Virus record (IMG/VR): IMGVR_UViG_3300014204_000113
Location: 32,001 to 96,000 of that record
Reading direction: 5' to 3' (one strand)
DNA from: a virus
Lineage: Duplodnaviria; Caudoviricetes
Length of the DNA stretch: 64,000 nt
Shown here: one piece after another, positions 56,564-64,000 of the stretch
Layout: each line of letters starts with the position of its first letter
How positions within the stretch are numbered: the first letter of the stretch is position 1
Translations under genes and position numbers: made by a program
The notes under the pieces: model-generated
Told to the model about the DNA's origin: nothing
The model's input: only the letters and a program-made list of their open reading frames with translations
Databases searched by the model: none

Positions 56564-56626
56564 GGCTCGGCTTGGTTGGGCGCGGCTAGGCTATGCGCGG
56601 CTTTGCGTGGCAGGGCAAGGCGTGGA
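56564..56626 (+). repeat. GGC-NN pentamer array G (12 units)
   Basis: NN = TC TT TG GC TA TA GC TT GT AG AA GT; ends GGATTT. Confidence 0.88.
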
Positions 56627-56723
56627 TTTATCATCACAAAGAACAAATTTGAATTAAGTGAAACAGGAGGAGGTAATTTATGATTAATCTTTACACGAGG
56701 TTGGCCTATGTTAGACGACCCGA

Positions 56724-57230
56724 GTGAGATGGACACTAAAGCTGACGGCCTTCTTATGGCTGATTTTAACAATAACCCTTTACCCGATGGCAACCTCCAG
56801 CCAACCTTTAAAAGAAACGACTATGTTGCCAACTCGGAAGTATCAAAAGCAGGAACCTTCAATTATTGTGATTAAGGCTTTGATTTGCGCTTCTGCAATT
56901 AAACATAAAGTTAAGCCAGAGGAATTAATGGCATTAGCTCACATTGAATCTCGCAAAGGTAAAAAAGAATTTCGTGTGGGATTAACTGGTAGATACTATT
57001 TGCCGATGGGTATATACAAAGGGTGTAAAACCGAAGATGACAAATCAACTTTAAGTGGCAATATTGAAATTGGAGCAAAAACATTGTCTAGACTTATCCA
57101 CAGAAGAGGAAGTCTAAAAAAGGCGCTTCAAAAATACAATGCCAGTTTCAATTCCAGTTATTGGAACGAAGTAAGAAGAGCATCCAAGAAATATAAACAT
57201 GAACTTAAACATGGATTTTTAACCCAATAA
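56724..57230 (+). CDS. Lytic transglycosylase (SLT-like) with N-terminal signal/TM
   Basis: ALAHIES, NIEIGA..L, ALQKYN. Confidence 0.65.
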   Translation: MRWTLKLTAFLWLILTITLYPMATSSQPLKETTMLPTRKYQKQEPSIIVIKALICASAIKHKVKPEELMALAHIESRKGKKEFRVGLTGRYYLPMGIYKGCKTEDDKSTLSGNIEIGAKTLSRLIHRRGSLKKALQKYNASFNSSYWNEVRRASKKYKHELKHGFLTQ

Positions 57231-57244
57231 AGGAGGAATAAGAA

Positions 57245-57559
57245 ATGAAGAAAATGGTTGAAGGTCTTTTGGTGGAAACTTTTCCCAACGAACAAATTAG
57301 GGCTTGGTGTACAAGAAGTCGTCTATGTGGTCAGGGATCGGATGGTAATTGTTTTGAATTTGACGACCCAGACAAAAGAAATTTATCTAAAAATACTAAA
57401 TCTTTAATAAAAGAACTTTGTTTTATCAATGGAATCAAAAAAGCGAGTTGTTGGCCTTATGAAATAAGAATTGAAAAGGCTAAAACCTATACTTGGGAAG
57501 AACTTGAACCAATCATCTTATATCTGATGGTTAAATATGAGGTTTATGCTGAGAGGTAG
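57245..57559 (+). CDS. Hypothetical protein, possible NifU/Nfu N-terminal-like fold
   Basis: ETFPN, L..I.GI, IEKA..WEELEP.I. Confidence 0.4.
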   Translation: MKKMVEGLLVETFPNEQIRAWCTRSRLCGQGSDGNCFEFDDPDKRNLSKNTKSLIKELCFINGIKKASCWPYEIRIEKAKTYTWEELEPIILYLMVKYEVYAER

Positions 57560-57565
57560 ATAAAA

Positions 57566-57652
57566 ATCGGTGTGGCGGAATGGTAAAGGCAATAGATTGC
57601 TAATCTATCTGGTGTCAAAGCCGCGAAGGTTCGAATCCTTCACTTACCACCA
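57566..57652 (+). tRNA. Degenerate tRNA-Ser(GCT)
   Basis: ATAGA-TTGCTAA-TCTAT anticodon arm, long variable arm, T arm and CCA; acceptor stem pairs poorly. Confidence 0.55.
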
Positions 57653-57663
57653 TTTTAAAATGT

Positions 57664-57739
57664 GGACTCGTAATTCAGTTGGTAGAAGCCTCAACTCATA
57701 ATTGAGTAGTCTCCCGTTCGAGCCGGGACGAGTCCACCA
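57664..57739 (+). tRNA. tRNA with CAT anticodon (elongator Met or Ile2)
   Basis: GGACTCG/CGAGTCC acceptor, CTCAA-CTCATAA-TTGAG, encoded CCA. Confidence 0.88.
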
Positions 57740-58046
57740 TAAATAAAAGGAGGTTTGATATGGGAGATAGGTATGAATTCAGTTTAAACTGCACAAGATG
57801 TTTATATAACAACCAAGTTTATTATGCGCCATCTTCTGGTTTCACTACATTTAAATGTGAGATGTGTGGACAATTTCATAGGATACAATTAGGATTTACT
57901 GCTATTCCTATAACCGAAGAAGAATATAATAATCCAATATGTGAGGAATAACTTATCTCGAATCTACATTTATTGGTTAAACAAAACCAACAAGAAGTTT
58001 TTAAATTTTGATTATGTTTAATGAAATTTAAAAAAGGAGAAATCTA

Positions 58047-58736
58047 ATGAGAGATAAAATCTGTGTAGCCCTTGATGTTCCAAGTCCCGAAGCAATTCAG
58101 TTAATAGAAAAATTAAATGGTAAAGTAGGATGGTGCAAGATCGGTCCTGCTCTTTTGACTACGGAAGATGGTCTACGATTGGCAGTTTTTGCTAAAGATC
58201 ATGGATTTAAAACCTTTCTTGATTTCAAATTTAAAGACATCCCTTCTGTGGTTACTAAGGGTATCAAAAATCTACACGGTATTGCCGATTTGATCACTGT
58301 TCATATTGATGGTGGAATTACTATGTTGAAAGAAGCAAAACAAGCAGCAGGTGATAATATCAAAATAATTGGTGTTACCTTACTCACTAGTCTTGGGAGA
58401 CAAGATTTGGAAGATTTTGGCTATGACAATTCCAGAACCTCAGAAGTCCAAGTTATTCAAATGACCCATCTTGCAATTAAATCTGGTATCGATGGTATAG
58501 TTTGTTCTGCTCAAGAATTAGGTAGGGTGAAGGCAAATAATTCACAATTGTTTTGTGTAACTCCAGGCTTAAAAATGCCTCAAGGAGATGATCATGAAGA
58601 CCAAGCGAGAACTGGCAACCCTCGTTGGGCCTACCAGCAAGGAAGTGATTTATTGGTTATGGGTCGAGATATTTATGAAGCCAAAGACCCTGTAAAACAA
58701 GTGGAGTCTATTGTAAAATTGTGTTTAGGGAATTAA
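58047..58736 (+). CDS. pyrF: Orotidine-5'-phosphate decarboxylase
   Basis: VALD, KIG, DFKFKDIP, VTLLTS, TPG, DQAR, GR. Confidence 0.92.
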   Translation: MRDKICVALDVPSPEAIQLIEKLNGKVGWCKIGPALLTTEDGLRLAVFAKDHGFKTFLDFKFKDIPSVVTKGIKNLHGIADLITVHIDGGITMLKEAKQAAGDNIKIIGVTLLTSLGRQDLEDFGYDNSRTSEVQVIQMTHLAIKSGIDGIVCSAQELGRVKANNSQLFCVTPGLKMPQGDDHEDQARTGNPRWAYQQGSDLLVMGRDIYEAKDPVKQVESIVKLCLGN

Positions 58737-59586
58737 ATAATTTTATAATAAATCATATGTCTTACTAAGGAGGACTTAACACAAAGGAGATTTACCATGA
58801 TCGGAGCAAGACTATTCATGGCTAATAAAATTGCAGAAAAAGTATGGTGGAAGTATCATGGAGAAGATTATCAGCATTGGGAATATGGAGACCCTTGGTT
58901 TTGCAATCGCATAGTTAATACTTTCACATTTCCACCTGTTGGAATATACAGAAAAACAAGAGTATTTTGTAGCAGTCCTTGGTGTTGCGGCAATCCAAGA
59001 AGGAAAAAGAAAGGTAAAGACAGATTGACTTTGCAAGAAAGGAGGATGATATGAAGCCGGAAGAAAAGTTGGAATTGATTAAAAAATGGCCATTAGGAGT
59101 CGGAGATCGTTTTACTTTTATTCCAACAGAAAAACAACAAAACGACCATAAATTTTTATCACTCGTGAAAGAAATAGAAAAAAGTAGAAGAGGTGATGTT
59201 TAATTCTAAATGGAGAAAATTAAATGGAACCAGAAGAAAAACTTGAACTGATTAAAGAAGCATTGAAAGATTGGAGGAATGGAAGTTTACATGAAACTTC
59301 TTGCCTTATTGCTATTGATGGAATAGTTAATGGTCTTGGAAAAATTACAAAAGAAGATATTGAATGGGGAAAGAAATCTATTAAAGAAATGGAAGAAAGA
59401 TGAGAACTATGAGTGAAATAAATTGCGTAAACAGCGGGCATAGATTAAGTCCAGTTGCTTATCACTATGTAAATAAAAATACTATGGTGCCAATTGTAGT
59501 TTGTTATGATTGTAACTGTTTGTTACCACATAAAGATATAATAATTTCTGTAATCATAAAAACAAATCAAAAGTGAAGGAGATAAA

Positions 59587-60327
59587 ATGCTCAACCCGGT
59601 ATTTATAAAAGCTACAGACTTGAATGATACGTGGCATCAAGTTTTGTTTGCTCTTTTAGACAAGGGTAGAAGATTTAAAATAGACAAAGGAAGTTATGCA
59701 GGAGAAACTCGTCTTGAATTTGATTATTTAACTATTCAAATTACTCATCCTGGTGCAAGACCATTGGAACCGCAAATTCCTCAACATTTAGGAATTCCTA
59801 ATCCTGTAGAACTAGGATATATTCTTGGAGACCATCCAAGTTTTAAAGGAAAACCATATATTGAATATCTGATGTCTCCAATTAAAGAAAAAGGAGAAGA
59901 TTATACTTACGGAAGTCGGATATCTGGTTATGATTATTTAGTATGTGATATGGAAGAAAGAATAGATTGTCATTATGCTACATTGAATCAAATAGAGAAA
60001 ATTATTTACACATTCAAAAATTTCGGTTACAGAAACAATCAAATGGTTTTGCAGATAGCGAGGCCGGAAGATTTGATGTTGGAAGACCCTCCTTGCTTAC
60101 GTCACATTCAATGTCGAATACAAGACAACAAATTGCATTTCATGGTCTATTTTCGGAGTTGGGATATGTTCTCCGGCGCTCCTAGTAATCTTGCTGCTAT
60201 ACAAATTTTGAAAGAATACATGGGAGGAGAAATAGGAGTTGAAGACGGTGAAATTATAGCCGCATCTGCTGGAGCACATATCTATGGATATGTTGAAGAA
60301 ATTGCTAAATTAAGAAGGGGTTATTAA
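59587..60327 (+). CDS. thyA: Thymidylate synthase-like protein
   Basis: YTYG.R, PPCL, FRSWD...SN, AHIY. Confidence 0.8.
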   Translation: MLNPVFIKATDLNDTWHQVLFALLDKGRRFKIDKGSYAGETRLEFDYLTIQITHPGARPLEPQIPQHLGIPNPVELGYILGDHPSFKGKPYIEYLMSPIKEKGEDYTYGSRISGYDYLVCDMEERIDCHYATLNQIEKIIYTFKNFGYRNNQMVLQIARPEDLMLEDPPCLRHIQCRIQDNKLHFMVYFRSWDMFSGAPSNLAAIQILKEYMGGEIGVEDGEIIAASAGAHIYGYVEEIAKLRRGY

Positions 60328-60987
60328 TAATGCTCTCTTTCCAATGTGCTAAATGCAAGAAACTTAGCAATAATATATTTGGTGGTCAATGCGTCATTGA
60401 AAAAGATGGTGTTCAACTTGAAGTTTGTGTAAAATGTTCTGAAAAACTTCAAAAGAAGGGTTGGAAAGAAATTTCCAGAGCTAGATGAGGTAAAAGAACT
60501 ATGTCATATCCAAAAGAAAGTGAAAGAAAACCCTTCTTTGATAAATGCCCATATTGTGGAGCAAAAATTCATCCAACTTATTATCATAGTGAAGGAGGGA
60601 TAGAAATAACAAGAATGTTTTTATGTGGAACTGTGCAAAAACGAAAACAAGAATATTTTGATTCAAAGTGGACTTCAACTTGTAGGGAACAAGGCTATAA
60701 TGGAGTAATGTAATCAATGCCAAAAATAACTTGTAATGAATGCAGGAAAAATGTAGTTAAAGACCTAGAATACCCAGCTTGGCTTTCACTTATGAATTTC
60801 CTTTCATTTCTTTATTATGAAGAACAGATTACTAAATTAACTTATGAAACTATGCAAAACGATTTGATGATGTTAAAACCATGGAGAACTTCACAAGAAG
60901 AAGAGTTGGAAGGCATCGTAGAAAATCTTGAAAAGAGAGATATTACTATTGAGGATGTAATTAAAAAACTAAAGAGAGATTATTACA

Positions 60988-61359
60988 ATGAAGAAGATTA
61001 ATCCTGTTGTTATTGATAAAGTGAAAAGTTTTTTAGATTATGATGGTTATGCCTTCTTTCTTATGTGCAAAGAAGAATATCGAACCGTATCACCAACTTG
61101 GGTAGAAGGCAAAGGTAGGAATAAAACTACTCATTCAGTACAACTTAGAGAAGGTATGGAAGTAAAAAACTTCATGCGTGGTCTTGGTCTTTTGAACGAT
61201 TGGACAGATAAAGATTTTGACAAAGGATGGATAAAAGCCATTGAAATAATCTTGGAAGACATGGATAAAGAACCGATACCAGAAAATTTGATGCCAAAAG
61301 AAAAAATACAAAAAACTTTGCCGAAGATAATTAAAATTGAAGACAGGATGGATGATTAA
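60988..61359 (+). CDS. Hypothetical phage protein
   Basis: H.V..REGM.V.NFMR motif. Confidence 0.55.
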   Translation: MKKINPVVIDKVKSFLDYDGYAFFLMCKEEYRTVSPTWVEGKGRNKTTHSVQLREGMEVKNFMRGLGLLNDWTDKDFDKGWIKAIEIILEDMDKEPIPENLMPKEKIQKTLPKIIKIEDRMDD

Positions 61360-61499
61360 ACTCTTAACTTAAGGAGAATTATTAATGTCTTTTCAATGCG
61401 AACGCTGTGGAAAAACTATTGACAAAATTACTTACAAAATTGTCAAGGCAGAACCAAAAGAAGTCAAAGGATTGTGTTCATATTGTGAAATGACGATAG

Positions 61500-61859
61500 A
61501 TGTCAGAAAAAACCTTCTTTTGGGTGCAAACCTATATAGATACCTTTATAATAATGAATAAACCTCATTTCAATAAACTATCTAATGCTGAATTGGAACG
61601 TCTTGCTTGTCTCGCTGAAGAATGCGGAGAAGTAATTCAAATGGTGAATAAGACAATAAGACACGGTTTTGATAATTCTCATCTAAAATATGGTAATAAA
61701 ACTTGCAGAGAATTGTTAGAACAAGAAATTGCTGACCTATTTGTAATTTTTGAATTGATGAATGGAAATGAAGATTTCGATGAAGATCGTTTGTATGAAT
61801 GTAAAATGTTTAAGAAAAGTAAAATAAACAAAAGTCTTAGATATAATGAGGTTTCATAA
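61500..61859 (+). CDS. MazG-like NTP pyrophosphohydrolase
   Basis: LAEECGEVIQ..K..RHG..LEQEIADL. Confidence 0.75.
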   Translation: MSEKTFFWVQTYIDTFIIMNKPHFNKLSNAELERLACLAEECGEVIQMVNKTIRHGFDNSHLKYGNKTCRELLEQEIADLFVIFELMNGNEDFDEDRLYECKMFKKSKINKSLRYNEVS

Positions 61860-63082
61860 TGTCTTTAAAACAAGTTTACAATATTGTAGAATCAATCGCA
61901 GCAACTCCCTCTTTGAATGAAAAAGAAAGAATTATTCAGAATTCCTTAGATATTCCATACTTCAGAAAAGTAGCCTATTATGCTCTAAATACTTTGATGA
62001 AATATAAAATCACAGAAGTTAAATATGCTGGTTCAATGATAGCAGAAGATGAAGATAAGGCAACTAATAATATCTTTGAATTTCTTTATTTTCTTTCAAA
62101 TAAGTCTGGTGCTACGGATGAAGATAGGCAAAAGTTATCATTCATGTCGTCTTTAGACCAGCCAACTAATGTTATTGTAAATAGAATATTGAAAGGAGAT
62201 TTGCGTTGTGGCGCTAGTATTAAATTGTTCAGAAAATATATTCCAGAAATTCCTATTCACGAACCAATGCTCTGTGGTAAAGACTTCAATAAATTTATGA
62301 AATTGGCAGGTTCTTTTGATAATGTAGTAACTTCAATTAAGTTAGATGGCGTCAGAGTTTGGTGTATCGTTACAGAATCAAATGTGAAGTATTTGTCACG
62401 TAACGGTAAAGAATATTCTAATTTTAATATATTTAATGAAGATTTAATTGAAATATGTAAAGAAATGGATTTGCCTTATCCAATCATATTGGATGGCGAA
62501 ATAACTACCAAAGACAAGAAATTCCAGAAACTTTTGACTCAATTTAGAAGAATAACAGAAGTGGATGAAGATTCATTTGAATTGACATTGTTTGACATAG
62601 TTTTAAACAAACCATTTTATGAAAGGTATGAGAAATTAAAAGAACATTTCACTTTGGATTATGAAAAGATAAATAGAATTTCCTTATTGTATCATTCAAC
62701 TAATTTTAATACAGAACAAAAGATATTTGATTTTTTGAATCAAGTTGCTAAAGAAGGAAAAGAAGGATTAGTTCTTAAAACCTTGAATGGTCCTTATGAA
62801 TTCAAAAGGTCTAATCATTGGGTTAAGTTAAAGAAATTTTATGAAGAAGACTTGCCGGTTATTGGTTTTGAAATGGGAACTGGTAAATATTCTGATATGT
62901 TAGGCGCTTTAATATGTGATTATAATGGAGTAGAAGTAAAGGTTGGGTCTGGATTTACAGATGAAGAAAGGATTGAATTTTTGGAAAATATTCCAGAATT
63001 GATAGAAGTGAAATTCCAATCTCTTACAGAAGATAAATCACTTCGTTTCCCTATTTTCTTGAGGATAAGGGAGGATAAATAA
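61859..63082 (+). CDS. ATP-dependent DNA ligase
   Basis: KLDGVR, SRNGK, LDGE, FDI, EGLVLK, WVKLK, VGSGF, SLRFP. Confidence 0.95.
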   Translation: MSLKQVYNIVESIAATPSLNEKERIIQNSLDIPYFRKVAYYALNTLMKYKITEVKYAGSMIAEDEDKATNNIFEFLYFLSNKSGATDEDRQKLSFMSSLDQPTNVIVNRILKGDLRCGASIKLFRKYIPEIPIHEPMLCGKDFNKFMKLAGSFDNVVTSIKLDGVRVWCIVTESNVKYLSRNGKEYSNFNIFNEDLIEICKEMDLPYPIILDGEITTKDKKFQKLLTQFRRITEVDEDSFELTLFDIVLNKPFYERYEKLKEHFTLDYEKINRISLLYHSTNFNTEQKIFDFLNQVAKEGKEGLVLKTLNGPYEFKRSNHWVKLKKFYEEDLPVIGFEMGTGKYSDMLGALICDYNGVEVKVGSGFTDEERIEFLENIPELIEVKFQSLTEDKSLRFPIFLRIREDK

Positions 63083-63936
63083 TGTGTGCTGCTCCTAAAG
63101 GTCAAATTCCTTGGAATAAGGGTAAAAAAGGTTATCATCTTACAGAGGAATCTCTAAAAAAGAGAAAAGAAAAAATAGGTGATTGGTCTGGCGAAAATAA
63201 CCCAAACTATGGTAAACGTTGGTCAGATGAACAAAGAAGAATAGCAAGTGAATCTCATATTGGAATATCTCCTTCTGAAGAAACTAAAAAAAAGATTAGC
63301 ATTACATTAACTGGAATTAAAAGAGGTCCTCAATCTGATGAACACAAACAGAAGAACAGAGAATCACATTTAGGAAAACCATCTCCAAATAAAGGCAAGA
63401 CGGGAGAAAAAAGTGGTGTATGGAAAGGTGGTTATGGAGAAGTTCCTTTGTATGATACTCATATTTATCATATACAACCAATAGAAGAATGCAGAAGAAA
63501 TAAAGAAGACCCAAATATATTAGAAGTAAAATGTACTTATTGTGGTAAATGGTTTGTACCAACTCTTGAGACTGTATATGCAAGAAGAGTTGGAATTAAT
63601 TGTAATGATAGAAATAGATTTTATTGTTCTAAAGAATGCAAATCAAATTGTCCGATCTATAATCAGCGAAAATATCCTAAAGGTTTTAAAGAAGCAACAT
63701 CTAGAGAAGTTCAACCAGAATTAAGACAAATGCGTTTTGCTTTGGATAACTATACATGTCAAAAATGTGAACAACATGGCGGTTCACTTCATTGTCATCA
63801 TTATGAAGGTATTTGGATTAATCCTATAGAATCTGCTGACTTGGATATGTGTGTGACTTTATGTGTTGATTGTCATATGGAGGCTCATGAAGAAATCGGG
63901 TGTAGAAGAATAGATTTAAGAAATAAATGTCATTAA
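63082..63936 (+). CDS. NUMOD3 + HNH homing endonuclease
   Basis: PWNKG, SEETKKKIS repeats, CQKC..LHCHH..LC..CH. Confidence 0.8.
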   Translation: MCAAPKGQIPWNKGKKGYHLTEESLKKRKEKIGDWSGENNPNYGKRWSDEQRRIASESHIGISPSEETKKKISITLTGIKRGPQSDEHKQKNRESHLGKPSPNKGKTGEKSGVWKGGYGEVPLYDTHIYHIQPIEECRRNKEDPNILEVKCTYCGKWFVPTLETVYARRVGINCNDRNRFYCSKECKSNCPIYNQRKYPKGFKEATSREVQPELRQMRFALDNYTCQKCEQHGGSLHCHHYEGIWINPIESADLDMCVTLCVDCHMEAHEEIGCRRIDLRNKCH

Positions 63937-64000
63937 TGGTGGACAAATAATGTTAATAACCAAAGAATGGATAGACAAAGTTTGTCCTAAACATGGCAGG

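Larger units (their letters stand above)
54930..56695 (+). mobile_element. Array/RAMP/ParB cassette bounded by 18-bp direct repeats
   Basis: TTATGATTAATCTTTACA at 54930-54947 and 56678-56695. Confidence 0.5.

Noticed and set aside
36927-56626. Arrays as CRISPR arrays, microsatellites or simple G-quadruplexes
   Set aside because: No 25-45 nt repeats with spacers; units vary only at two fixed positions and three arrays decode to neighbour-gene homologues, which slippage or G4 selection would not produce.
63523-63561. Partial gapped match of array A to the HNH gene (EVKCTYCGKWFV)
   Set aside because: 18/26 nt is roughly what chance gives across both strands of an AT-rich 64-kb window; the adjacent clamp gene match has positional and peptide-level support.
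1-64000. Alternative genetic code / stop-codon reassignment
   Set aside because: Conserved genes are full length in code 11 and end in TAA, TAG or TGA; no suppressor tRNA (the 8773 tRNA anticodon reads TCT, not CTA).

Overview
A 64-kb, AT-rich, almost entirely plus-strand segment of a large dsDNA bacteriophage genome (early/middle region; no virion structural genes seen). It carries a near-complete replisome and recombination set (primase, SF2 and DnaB-like helicases, beta-clamp, clamp loader, DnaE fused to a family-4 UDG domain, gp32-like SSB, UvsY-like, RecA, ATP-dependent ligase), nucleotide/NAD metabolism genes (NadM-like + Nampt, dCMP deaminase, ThyA-like, PyrF, MazG-like), four DNA methyltransferases, RNA-repair enzymes and five tRNA or tRNA-like genes. 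Two systems stand out. (1) Seven non-coding arrays of strictly 5-nt period, GGY-NN, six of them clustered around two paralogous small RAMP/Cas7-like genes (51123-51653 with a DUF559/Vsr-like nuclease; 55107-55661 with a ParB-like gene). Read as the first two bases of successive codons, the variable NN dinucleotides of three arrays spell diverged homologues of peptides in the adjacent phage genes (RecA, beta-clamp, a small secreted repeat protein). This points to an RNA-guided system with a gapped, wobble-skipping code aimed at related phages. (2) A phage-encoded ubiquitin-like conjugation operon (E2-JAB-E1-Ubl-Ubl) with five E2-like paralogues. Also present: a solo TnpB behind a phage-type promoter, a ~350-nt unidentified structured RNA, a tandem covarying RNA motif and a kissing-loop RBS-sequestering leader. 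All calls come from motif reading by eye; no searches were run.
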